A stretch of DNA of 64,000 nt from Gordius albopunctatus. Lineage: Eukaryota. Of this stretch, positions 51,301 to 64,000 are shown piece after piece (within the stretch, counting starts at the first letter, position 1; the number at the start of each line of letters is the position of its first letter). The DNA lies in NCBI GenBank assembly GCA_964276515.1, contig OZ193909.1:9796001-9860000 (forward strand). Direction: 5' to 3'. The notes under the pieces were generated by a model, which had not been told where the DNA came from, searched no databases, and worked only from the letters and a program-made list of their open reading frames with translations. The translations under genes were made by a program, and so were the position numbers.

Positions 51301-54300
51301 ACCTCTGATATCAAAAACTTTCATGACGGCTATATTGTTGAACAAAAAAATTGAAAAATTTTTGAAGTCGAAAAAAATATTTATTTTCATATTCTATCAA
51401 AAAGGGGCTGAAAGAATTTTTAAAAGTTAGTAAATATTCTTAGCATCATGTCCTTGTTAGAATCCGTATGATAATTTTTGCACGGGGTGAGGTTTTAGAT
51501 TGAGAGAAACTAAACTTTTCGTGTTGCGTTTAGATTGTTTCAAAATCGCTTTCTAAGCGTGTCTCTAGTTTTTGAGAAACAAACTCTATTTGATCGTGAT
51601 TTAAAGTTAATAATTTTTGAGGACGATCAAAAATTTTTCACTAATTGACCTCTGATATCAAAAACTTTCATGACGGCTATATTGTTGAACAAAAAAATTG
51701 AAAAAATTTTGATGTCGAAAAAAATATTTATTTTCCTATTCTTTCGAAAGGGGGATGAAAAAATCTTTAAAATTTAGAAACTAAACTTTTCGTGTTGCGT
51801 TTAGATTGTTTCAAAATCGCTTTCTAAGCGTGTCTCTAGTTTTTGTGAAACAAACTCTATTTGATCGTGATTTAAAGTTAATAATTTTTGAGGACTGATC
51901 AAAAAATTTTTCACTAATTGACCTCTGATATCAAATCTTTCATGACGGCTATATTGTTGAACAAAAAAATTTCAAAAAATTTTGATGTCGAAAAAAATAT
52001 TTATTTTCCTATTCTTTCGAAAGGGGGATGAAAGAATCTTTAAAAGTTAGTAAATATTCTTAGCATCATGTCCTTGTTAGAATCCGTATGATAATTTTTG
52101 AACGGAGTGAGGTTTTAGATTGAGAGAAACTAAACTTTTCGTGTTGCGTTTAGATTGTTTCAAAATCGCTTTCTAAGCGTGTCTCTAGTTTTTGAGAAAC
52201 AAACTCTATTTGATCGTGATTTAAAGTTAAAAACTTTTGAGGACTGATCAAAAATTTTTTTCACTAATTGACCTCTGATATCAAAAACTTTCATGACGGC
52301 TATATTGTTGAACAAAAAAATTGAAAAATTTTTGAAGTCGAAAAAAATATTTATTTTCATATTCTATCAAAAGGGGGCTGAAAGAATTTTTAAAAGTTAG
52401 TAAATATTCTTAGCATCATGTCCTTGTTAGAATCCGTATGATAATTTTTGCACGGGGTGAGGTTTTAGATTGAGAGAAACTAAACTTTTCGTGTTGCGTT
52501 TAGATTGTTTCAAAATCGCTTTCTAAGCGTGTCTCTAGTTTTTGAGAAACAAACTCTATTTGATCGTGATTTAAAGTTAATAATTTTTGAGGACGATCAA
52601 AAATTTTTCACTAATTGACCTCTGATATCAAATCTTTCATGACGGCTATATTGTTGAACAAAAAAATTGAAAAAATTTTGATGTCGAAAAAAATATTTAT
52701 TTTCATATTCTATGGAAAGGGTGCTGAAAGAATCTTTAAAATTTAGAAACTAAACTTTTCGTGTTGCGTTTAGATTGTTTCAAAATAGCTTTCTAAGCGT
52801 GTCTCTAGTTTTTGCGAAACAAACTCTATGTGATCGTGATTTAAAGTTAATAATTTTTGAGGACTGATCAAAAAATTTTTCACTAATTGACCTCTGATAT
52901 CAAAAACTTTCATGACGGCTATATTGTTGAACAAAAATATTGAAAAAATTTTGATGTCGAAAAAAATATTTATTTTCCTATTCTTTCGAAAGGGGGATGA
53001 AAAAATCTTTAAAATTTAGAAACTAAACTTTTCGTGTTGCGTTTAGATTGTTTCAAAATCGCTTTCTAAGCGTGTCTCTAGTTTTTGAGAAACAAACTCT
53101 ATTTGATCGTGATTTAAAGTTAATAATTTTTGAGGACTGATCAAAAAATTTTTCACTAATTGACCTCTGATATCAAAAACTTTCATGACGGCTATATTGT
53201 TGAACAAAAAAATTGAAAAATTTTTGAAGTCGAAAAAAATATTTATTTTCATATTCTATCAAAAGGGGGCTGAAAGAATTTTTAAAAGTTAGTAAATATT
53301 CTTAGCATCATGTCCTTGTTAGAATCCGTATGATAATTTTTGCACGGGGTGAGGTTTTAGATTGAGAGAAACTAAACTTTTCGTGTTGCGTTTAGATTGT
53401 TTCAAAATCGCTTTCTAAGCGTGTCTCTAGTTTTTGAGAAACAAACTCTATTTGATCGTGATTTAAAGTTAATAATTTTTGAGGACGATCAAAAATTTTT
53501 CACTAATTGACCTCTGATATCAAATCTTTCATGACGGCTATATTGTTGAACAAAAAAATTGAAAAAATTTTGATGTCGAAAAAAATATTTATTTTCCTAT
53601 TCTTTCGAAAGGGGGATGAAAAAATCTTTAAAATTTAGAAACTAAACTTTTCGTGTTGCGTTTAGATTGTTTCAAAATCGCTTTCTAAGCGTGTCTCTCG
53701 TTTTTGTGAAACAAACTCTATTTGATCGTGATTTAAAGTTAATAATTTTTGAGGACTGATCAAAAAATTTTTCACTAATTGACCTCTGATATCAAAAACT
53801 TTCATGACGGCTATATTGTTGAACAAAAAAATTGAAAAATTTTTGAAGTCGAAAAAAATATTTATTTTCATATTCTATCAAAAGGGGGCTGAAAGAATCT
53901 TTAAAAGTTAGTAAATATTCTTAGCATCATGTCCTTGTTAGAATCCGTATGATAATTTTTGCACGGGGTGGGTTTTAGATTGAGAGAAACTAAACTTTTC
54001 GTGTTGCGTTTAGATTGTTTCAAAATCGCTTTCTAAGCGTGTCTCTAGTTTTTGAGAAACAAACTCTATTTGATCGTGATTTAAAGTTAATAATTTTTGA
54101 GGACTGATCAAAAAATTTTTCACTAATTGACCTCTGATATCAAAAACTTTCATGACGGCTATATTGTTGAACAAAAAAATTGAAAAATTTTTGAAGTCTA
54201 AAAAAATATTTATTTTCATATTCTATCAAAAGGGGGCTGAAAGAATTTTTAAAAGTTAGTAAATATTCTTAGCATCATGTCCTTGTTAGAATCCGTATGA

Positions 54301-55789
54301 TAATTTTTGCACGGGGTGAGGTTTTAGATTGAGAGAAACTAAACTTTTCGTGTTGCGTTTAGATTGTTTCAAAATCGCTTTCTAAGCGTGTCTCTAGTTT
54401 TTGAGAAACAAACTCTATTTGATCGTGATTTAAAGTTAATAATTTTTGAGGACGATCAAAAATTTTTCACTAATTGACCTCTGATATCAAATCTTTCATG
54501 ACGGCTATATTGTTGAACAAAAAAATTGAAAAAATTTTGATGTCGAAAAAAATATTTATTTTCCTATTCTTTCGAAAGGGGGATGAAAAAATCTTTAAAA
54601 TTTAGAAACTAAACTTTTCGTGTTGCGTTTAGATTGTTTCAAAATCGCTTTCTAAGCGTGTCTCTAGTTTTTGTGAAACAAACTCTATTTGATCGTGATT
54701 TAAAGTTAATAATTTTTGAGGACTGATCAAAAAATTTTTCACTAATTGACCTCTGATATCAAAAACTTTCATGACGGCTATATTGTTGAACAAAAAAATT
54801 GAAAAATTTTTGAAGTCTAAAAAAATATTTATTTTCATATTCTATCAAAAGGGGGCTGAAAGAATTTTTAAAAGTTAGTAAATATTCTTAGCATCATGTC
54901 CTTGTTAGAATCCGTATGATAATTTTTGCACGGGGTGAGGTTTTAGATTGAGAGAAACTAAACTTTTCGTGTTGCGTTTAGATTGTTTCAAAATCGCTTT
55001 CTAAGCGTGTCTCTAGTTTTTGAGAAACAAACTCTATTTGATCGTGATTTAAAGTTAATAATTTTTGAGGACGATCAAAAATTTTTCACTAATTGACCTC
55101 TGATATCAAATCTTTCATGACGGCTATATTGTTGAACAAAAAAATTGAAAAAATTTTGATGTCGAAAAAAATATTTATTTTCCTATTCTTTCGAAAGGGT
55201 GATGAAAAAATCTTTAAAATTTAGAAACTAAACTTTTCGTGTTGCGTTTAGATTGTTTCAAAATCGCTTTCTAAGCGTGTCTCTAGTTTTTGTGAAACAA
55301 ACTCTATTTGATCGTGATTTAAAGTTAATAATTTTTGAGGACTGATCAAAAATTTTTTCACTAATTGACCTCTGATATCAAAAACTTTCATGACGGCTAT
55401 ATTGTTAAACAAAAAAATTGAAAAAATTTTGATGTCGAAAAAAATATTTATTTTCCTATTCTTTCGAAAGGGGGATGAAAAAATCTTTAAAATTAAGAAA
55501 CTAAACTTTTCGGGTTGCGTTTAGATTGTTTCAAAATCGCTTTCTAAGCGTGTCTCTAGTTTTTGTGAAACAAACTCTATTTGATCGTGATTTAAAGTTA
55601 ATAATTTTTGAGGACTGATCAAAAAATTTTTCACTAATTGACCTCTGATATCAAAAACTTTGATGACGGCTATATTGTTGAACAAAAAAATTTCAAAAAA
55701 TTTTGATGTCGAAAAAAATATTTATTTTCCTATTCTTTCGAAAGGGGGATGAAAAAATCTTTAAAATTTAGAAACTAAACTTTTCGGGT

Positions 55790-58700
55790 TGCGTTTAGAT
55801 TGTTTCAAAATCGCTTTCTAAGCGTGTCTCTAGTTTTTGTGAAACAAACTCTATTTGATCGTGATTTAAAGTTAATAATTTTTGAGGACGATCAAAAATT
55901 TTTCACTAATTGACCTCTGATATCAAATCTTTCATGACGGCTATATTGTTGAACAAAAAAATTGAAAAATTTTTGAAGTCGAAAAAAATATTTATTTTCA
56001 TATTCTATCAAAAGGGGGCTGAAAGAATCTTTAAAAGTTAGTAAATATTCTTAGCATCATGTCCTTGTTAGAATCCGTATGATAATTTTTGAACGGAGTG
56101 AGGTTTTAGATTGAGAGAAACTAAACTTTTCGTGTTGCGTTTAGATTGTTTCAAAATAGCTTTCTAAGCGTGTCTCTAGTTTTTGAGAAACAAACTCTAT
56201 TTGATCGTGATTTAAAGTTAATAATTTTTGAGGACGATCAAAAATTTTTCACTAATTGACCTCTGATATCAAATCTTTCATGACGGCTATATTGTTGAAC
56301 AAAAAAATTTCAAAAAATTTTGATGTCGAAAAAAATATTTATTTTCCTATTCTTTCGAAAGGGGGATGAAAAAATCTTTAAAATTTAGAAACTAAACTTT
56401 TCGTGTTGCGTTTAGATTGTTTCAAAATCGCTTTCTAAGCGTGTCTCTAGTTTTTGAGAAACAAACTCTATTTGATCGTGATTTAAAGTTAATAATTTTT
56501 GAGGACGATCAAAAATTTTTCACTAATTGACCTCTGATATCAAAAACTTTCATGACGGCTATATTGTTGAACAAAAAAATTGAAAAAAATTTTGATGTCG
56601 AAAAAAATATTTATTTTCCTATTCTTTCGATAGGGGGATGAAAAAATCTTTAAAATTTAGAAACTAAACTTTTCGTGTTGCGTTTAGATTGTTTCAAAAT
56701 CGCTTTCTAAGCGTGTCTCTAGTTTTTGTGAAACAAACTCTATTTGATCGTGATTTAAAGTTAATAATTTTTGAGGACTGATCAAAAAATTTTTCACTAA
56801 TTGACCTCTGATATCAAAAACTTTCATGACGGCTATATTGTTGAACAAAAAAATTGAAAAAATTTTGATGTCGAAAAAAATATTTATTTTCCTATTCTTT
56901 CGAAAGGGGGATGAAAAAATCTTTAAAATTAAGAAACTAAACTTTTCGGGTTGCGTTTAGATTGTTTCAAAATCGCTTTCTAAGCGTGTCTCTAGTTTTT
57001 GTGAAACAAACTCTATTTGATCGTGATTTAAAGTTAATAATTTTTGAGGACTGATCAAAAAATTTTTCACTAATTGACCTCTGATATCAAAAACTTTCAT
57101 GACGGCTATATTGTTGAACAAAAAAATTTCAAAAAATTTTGATGTCGAAAAAAATATTTATTTTCCTATTCTTTCGAAAGGGGGATGAAAAAATCTTTAA
57201 AAGTTAGAAACTAAACTTTTCGGGTTGCGTTTAGATTGTTTCAAAATCGCTTTCTAAGCGTGTCTCTAGTTTTTGTGAAACAAACTCTATTTGATCGTGA
57301 TTTAAAGTTAATAATTTTTGAGGACGATCAAAAATTTTTCACTAATTGACCTCTGATATCAAATCTTTCATGACGGCTATATTGTTGAACAAAAAAATTG
57401 AAAAATTTTTGAAGTCGAAAAAAATATTTATTTTCATATTCTATCAAAAGGGGACTGAAAGAATCTTTAAAAGTTAGTAAATATTCTTAGCATCATGTCC
57501 TTGTTAGAATCCGTATGATAATTTTTGAACGGAGTGAGGTTTTAGATTGAGAGAAACTAAACTTTTCGTGTTGCGTTTAGATTGTTTCAAAATAGCTTTC
57601 TAAGCGTGTCTCTAGTTTTTGAGAAACAAACTCTATTTGATCGTGATTTAAAGTTAATAATTTTTGAGGACGATCAAAAATTTTTCACTAATTGACCTCT
57701 GATATCAAATCTTTCATGACGGCTATATTGTTGAACAAAAAAATTTCAAAAAATTTTGATGTCGAAAAAAATATTTATTTTCCTATTCTTTCGAAAGGGG
57801 GATGAAAAATTCTTTAAAATTTAGAAACTAAACTTTTCGTGTTGCGTTTAGATTGTTTCAAAATCGCTTTCTAAGCGTGTCTCTAGTTTTTGAGAAACAA
57901 ACTCTATTTGATCGTGATTTAAAGTTAATAATTTTTGAGGACGATCAAAAATTTTTCACTAATTGACCTCTGATATCAAAAACTTTCATGACGGCTATAT
58001 TGTTGAACAAAAAAATTGAAAAAATTTTGATGTCGAAAAAAATATTTATTTTCCTATTCTTTCGAAAGGGGGATGAAAAAATCTTTAAAATTTAGAAACT
58101 AAACTTTTCGTGTTGCGTTTAGATTGTTTCAAAATCGCTTTCTAAGCGTGTCTCTAGTTTTTGTGAAACAAACTCTATTTGATCGTGATTTAAAGTTAAT
58201 AATTTTTGAGGACTGATCAAAAAATTTTTCACTAATTGAACTCTGATATCAAAAACTTTCATGACGGCTATATTGTTGAACAAAAAAATTGAAAAAATTT
58301 TGATGTCGAAAAAAATATTTATTTTCCTATTCTTTCGAAAGGGGGATGAAAAAATCTTTAAAATTAAGAAACTAAACTTTTCGGGTTGCGTTTAGATTGT
58401 TTCAAAATCGCTTTCTAAGCGTGTCTCTAGTTTTTGTGAAACAAACTCTATTTGATCGTGATTTAAAGTTAATAATTTTTGAGGACTGATCAAAAAATTT
58501 TTCACTAATTGACCTCTGATATCAAAAACTTTCATGACGGCTATATTGTTGAACAAAAAAATTTCAAAAAATTTTGATGTCGAAAAAAATATTTATTTTC
58601 CTATTCTTTCGAAAGGGGGATGAAAAAATCTTTAAAAGTTAGAAACTAAACTTTTCGGGTTGCGTTTAGATTGTTTCAAAATCGCTTTCTAAGCGTGTCT

Positions 58701-58915
58701 CTAGTTTTTGTGAAACAAACTCTATTTGATCGTGATTTAAAGTTAATAATTTTTGAGGACTGATCAAAAAATTTTTCACTAATTGACCTCTGATATCAAA
58801 AACTTTCATGACGGCTATATTGTTGAACAAAAAAATTGAAAAATTTTTGAAGTCGAAAAAAATATTTATTTTCATATTCTATCAAAAGGGGGCTGAAAGA
58901 ATCTTTAAAAGTTAG
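55790..58915. repeat. Local higher-order repeat, ~1436-bp 5-mer (1 long + 4 short), about 2 copies
   Basis: Long modules at ~56041, 57477 and 58915, with the same order of four short-monomer haplotypes between them. Confidence 0.8.
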
Positions 58916-61900
58916 TAAATATTCTTAGCATCATGTCCTTGTTAGAATCCGTATGATAATTTTTGCACGGGGTGAGGTTTTAGATTGAGAGAAACTAAAC
59001 TTTTCGTGTTGCGTTTAGATTGTTTCAAAATCGCTTTCTAACCGTGTCTCTAGTTTTTGAGAAACAAACTCTATTTGATCGTGATTTAAAGTTAATAATT
59101 TTTGAGGACGATCAAAAATTTTTCACTAATTGACCTCTGATATCAAAAACTTTCATGACGGCTATATTGTTGAACAAAAAAATTTCAAAAAATTTTGATG
59201 TCGAAAAAAATATTTATTTTCCTATTCTTTCGAAAGGGGGATGAAAAAATCTTTAAAAGTTAGAAACTAAACTTTTCGTGTTGCGTTTAGATTGTTTCAA
59301 AATCGCTTTCTACGCGTGTCTCTAGTTTTTGTGAAACAAACTCTATTTGATCGTGATATAAAGTTAATAATTTTTGAGGACTGATCAAAAAATTTTTCAC
59401 TAATTGACCTCTGATATCAAAAACTTTCATGACGGCTATATTGTTGAACAAAAAAATTGAAAAATTTTTGAAGTCGAAAAAAATATTTATTTTCATATTC
59501 TATCAAAAGGGGGCTGAAAGAATCTTTAAAAGTTAGTAAATATTCTTAGCATCATGTCCTTGTTAGAATCCGTATGATAATTTTTGCACGGGGTGGGTTT
59601 TAGATTGAGAGAAACTAAACTTTTCGTGTTGCGTTTAGATTGTTTCAAAATCGCTTTCTAAGCGTGTCTCTAGTTTTTGAGAAACAAACTCTATTTGATC
59701 GTGATTTAAAGTTAATAATTTTTGAGGACTGATCAAAAAATTTTTCACTAATTGACCTCTGATATCAAAAACTTTCATGACGGCTATATTGTTGAACAAA
59801 AAAATTGAAAAATTTTTGAAGTCGAAAAAAATATTTATTTTCATATTCTATCAAAAGGGGGCTGAAAGAATTTTTAAAAGTTAGTAAATATTCTTAGCAT
59901 CATGTCCTTGTTAGAATCCGTATGATAATTTTTGCAGGGGGTGAGGTTTTAGATTGAGAGAAACTAAACTTTTCGTGTTGCGTTTAGATTGTTTCAAAAT
60001 CGCTTTCTAAGCGTGTCTCTAGTTTTTGAGAAACAAACTCTATTTGATCGTGATTTAAAGTTAATAATTTTTGAGGACGATCAAAAATTTTTCACTAATT
60101 GACCTCTGATATCAAATCTTTCATGACGGCTATATTGTTGAACAAAAAAATTGAAAAAATTTTGATGTCGAAAAAAATATTTATTTTCCTATTCTTTCGA
60201 AAGGGGGATGAAAAAATCTTTAAAATTTAGAAACTAAACTTTTCGTGTTGCGTTTAGATTGTTTCAAAATCGCTTTCTAAGCGTGTCTCTCGTTTTTGTG
60301 AAACAAACTCTATTTGATCGTGATTTAAAGTTAATAATTTTTGAGGACTGATCAAAAAATTTTTCACTAATTGACCTCTGATATCAAAAACTTTCATGAC
60401 GGCTATATTGTTGAACAAAAAAATTGAAAAATTTTTGAAGTCGAAAAAAATATTTATTTTCATATTCTATCAAAAGGGGGCTGAAAGAATCTTTAAAAGT
60501 TAGTAAATATTCTTAGCATCATGTCCTTGTTAGAATCCGTATGATAATTTTTGCACGGGGTGGGTTTTAGATTGAGAGAAACTAAACTTTTCGTGTTGCG
60601 TTTAGATTGTTTCAAAATCGCTTTCTAAGCGTGTCTCTAGTTTTTGAGAAACAAACTCTATTTGATCGTGATTTAAAGTTAATAATTTTTGAGGACTGAT
60701 CAAAAAATTTTTCACTAATTGACCTCTGATATCAAAAACTTTCATGACGGCTATATTGTTGAACAAAAAAATTGAAAAATTTTTGAAGTCTAAAAAAATA
60801 TTTATTTTCATATTCTATCAAAAGGGGGCTGAAAGAATTTTTAAAAGTTAGTAAATATTCTTAGCATCATGTCCTTGTTAGAATCCGTATGATAATTTTT
60901 GCACGGGGTGAGGTTTTAGATTGAGAGAAACTAAACTTTTCGTGATGCGTTTAGATTGTTTCAAAATCGCTTTCTAAGCGTGTCTCTAGTTTTTGAGAAA
61001 CAAACTCTATTTGATCGTGATTTAAAGTTAATAATTTTTGAGGACGATCAAAAATTTTTCACTAATTGACCTCTGATATCAAATCTTTCATGACGGCTAT
61101 ATTGTTGAACAAAAAAATTGAAAAAATTTTGATGTCGAAAAAAATATTTATTTTCCTATTCTTTCGAAAGGGGGATGAAAAAATCTTTAAAATTTAGAAA
61201 CTAAACTTTTCGTGTTGCGTTTAGATTGTTTCAAAATCGCTTTCTAAGCGTGTCTCTAGTTTTTGAGAAACAAACTCTATTTGATCGTGATTTAAAGTTA
61301 ATAATTTTTGAGGACGATCAAAAATTTTTCACTAATTGACCTCTGATATCAAAAACTTTCATGACGGCTATATTGTTGAACAAAAAAATTTCAAAAAATT
61401 TTGATGTCGAAAAAAATATTTATTTTCCTATTCTTTCGAAAGGGGGATGAAAAAATCTTTAAAATTTAGAAACTAAACTTTTCGGGTTGCGTTTAGATTG
61501 TTTCAAAATCGCTTTCTAAGCGTGTCTCTAGTTTTTGTGAAACAAACTCTATTTGATCGTGATTTAAAGTTAATAATTTTTGAGGACGATCAAAAATTTT
61601 TCACTAATTGACCTCTGATATCAAATCTTTCATGACGGCTATATTGTTGAACAAAAAAATTGAAAAATTTTTGAAGTCGAAAAAAATATTTATTTTCATA
61701 TTCTATCAAAAGGGGGCTGAAAGAATCTTTAAAAGTTAGTAAATATTCTTAGCATCATGTCCTTGTTAGAATCCGTATGATAATTTTTGCACGGGGTGAG
61801 GTTTTAGATTGAGAGAAACTAAACTTTTCGTGTTGCGTTTAGATTGTTTCAAAATCGCTTTCTAACCGTGTCTCTAGTTTTTGAGAAACAAACTCTATTT

Positions 61901-64000
61901 GATCGTGATTTAAAGTTAATAATTTTTGAGGACGATCAAAAATTTTTCACTAATTGACCTCTGATATCAAAAACTTTCATGACGGCTATATTGTTGAACA
62001 AAAAAATTTCAAAAAATTTTGATGTCGAAAAAAATATTTATTTTCCTATTCTTTCGAAAGGGGGATGAAAAAATCTTTAAAAGTTAGAAACTAAACTTTT
62101 CGTGTTGCGTTTAGATTGTTTCAAAATCGCTTTCTACGCGTGTCTCTAGTTTTTGTGAAACAAACTCTATTTGATCGTGATATAAAGTTAATAATTTTTG
62201 AGGACTGATCAAAAAATTTTTCACTAATTGACCTCTGATATCAAAAACTTTCATGACGGCTATATTGTTGAACAAAAAAATTGAAAAATTTTTGAAGTCG
62301 AAAAAAATATTTATTTTCATATTCTATCAAAAGGGGGCTGAAAGAATCTTTAAAAGTTAGTAAATATTCTTAGCATCATGTCCTTGTTAGAATCCGTATG
62401 ATAATTTTTGCACGGGGTGAGGTTTTAGATTGAGAGAAACTAAACTTTTCGTGTTGCGTTTAGATTGTTTCAAAATCGCTTTCTAAGCGTGTCTCTAGTT
62501 TTTGAGAAACAAACTCTATTTGATCGTGATTTAAAGTTAATAATTTTTGAGGACTGATCAAAAAATTTTTCACTAATTGACCTCTGATATCAAAAACTTT
62601 CATGACGGCTATATTGTTGAACAAAAAAATTGAAAAATTTTTGAAGTCGAAAAAAATATTTATTTTCATATTCTATCAAAAGGGGGCTGAAAGAATTTTT
62701 AAAAGTTAGTAAATATTCTTAGCATCATGTCCTTGTTAGAATCCGTATGATAATTTTTGCAGGGGGTGAGGTTTTAGATTGAGAGAAACTAAACTTTTCG
62801 TGTTGCGTTTAGATTGTTTCAAAATCGCTTTCTAAGCGTGTCTCTAGTTTTTGAGAAACAAACTCTATTTGATCGTGATTTAAAGTTAATAATTTTTGAG
62901 GACGATCAAAAATTTTTCACTAATTGACCTCTGATATCAAATCTTTCATGACGGCTATATTGTTGAACAAAAAAATTGAAAAAATTTTGATGTCGAAAAA
63001 AATATTTATTTTCCTATTCTTTCGAAAGGGGGATGAAAAAATCTTTAAAATTTAGAAACTAAACTTTTCGTGTTGCGTTTAGATTGTTTCAAAATCGCTT
63101 TCTAAGCGTGTCTCTCGTTTTTGTGAAACAAACTCTATTTGATCGTGATTTAAAGTTAATAATTTTTGAGGACTGATCAAAAAATTTTTCACTAATTGAC
63201 CTCTGATATCAAAAACTTTCATGACGGCTATATTGTTGAACAAAAAAATTGAAAAATTTTTGAAGTCGAAAAAAATATTTATTTTCATATTCTATCAAAA
63301 GGGGGCTGAAAGAATCTTTAAAAGTTAGTAAATATTCTTAGCATCATGTCCTTGTTAGAATCCGTATGATAATTTTTGCACGGGGTGGGTTTTAGATTGA
63401 GAGAAACTAAACTTTTCGTGTTGCGTTTAGATTGTTTCAAAATCGCTTTCTAAGCGTGTCTCTAGTTTTTGAGAAACAAACTCTATTTGATCGTGATTTA
63501 AAGTTAATAATTTTTGAGGACTGATCAAAAAATTTTTCACTAATTGACCTCTGATATCAAAAACTTTCATGACGGCTATATTGTTGAACAAAAAAATTGA
63601 AAAATTTTTGAAGTCTAAAAAAATATTTATTTTCATATTCTATCAAAAGGGGGCTGAAAGAATTTTTAAAAGTTAGTAAATATTCTTAGCATCATGTCCT
63701 TGTTAGAATCCGTATGATAATTTTTGCACGGGGTGAGGTTTTAGATTGAGAGAAACTAAACTTTTCGTGATGCGTTTAGATTGTTTCAAAATCGCTTTCT
63801 AAGCGTGTCTCTAGTTTTTGAGAAACAAACTCTATTTGATCGTGATTTAAAGTTAATAATTTTTGAGGACGATCAAAAAATTTTCACTAATTGACCTCTG
63901 ATATCAAATCTTTCATGACGGCTATATTGTTGAACAAAAAAATTGAAAAAATTTTGATGTCGAAAAAAATATTTATTTTCCTATTCTTTCGAAAGGGGGA
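58880..64000. repeat. Tandem duplication of a ~2825-bp 9-mer (5 long + 4 short); second copy cut by window end
   Basis: ORF offsets 2824-2825. Private SNPs at 59937/62762 and 60945/63770. Confidence 0.9.

Larger units (their letters stand above)
1..64000. repeat. Satellite DNA array: interspersed ~346-350 bp and ~270-274 bp monomers, single orientation, extends beyond both window ends
   Basis: The anchor gaaactaaacttttcg(t/g)gttgcgtttagattgtttcaaaat recurs every ~272 or ~348 bp from start to end. I saw no unique sequence or inversion. Near-identical ORF translations recur at the same spacings. Confidence 0.99.

Noticed and set aside
769..63636. Dozens of 66-72 aa minus-strand ORFs (MKINIFF...) as a multicopy small-protein family
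   Set aside because: They are translations of the monomer. Frame and C-terminus flip with homopolymer length, most monomers lack the ORF, composition is F/K/I/N-biased as expected for AT-rich DNA, and I recognise no domain. Only ribosome profiling or proteomics could rescue them.
1..64000. CRISPR-like or cassette array with information-bearing spacers
   Set aside because: There are no unique spacers, the optional 76-bp segment is essentially the same every time, and there are no cas, integrase or recombinase genes.

Overview
The whole 64 kb window is one uninterrupted, head-to-tail, AT-rich tandem satellite array (about 29% GC counted in monomer 1-346), most likely eukaryotic heterochromatin. 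I cannot assign a species or a named family. Two length classes of one monomer are interspersed: a long unit of about 346-350 bp and a short unit of about 270-274 bp, differing by a fixed 76-bp module. By hand I count about 83 long units, implying about 130 short ones (about 212 in total). The order is not strictly periodic. It is built from nested recent duplications (offsets 892, 1239, 1436, 2597, 2825, 7830 and 17719 bp) that are traceable by private variants, and it falls into three domains with their own diagnostic SNPs. All listed ORFs are chance read-throughs of the repeat. I find no supportable gene, RNA gene, transposon or CRISPR array, and no new protein-based system. The interest lies in array architecture, dyad symmetries in the monomer and visible recombination/conversion footprints.
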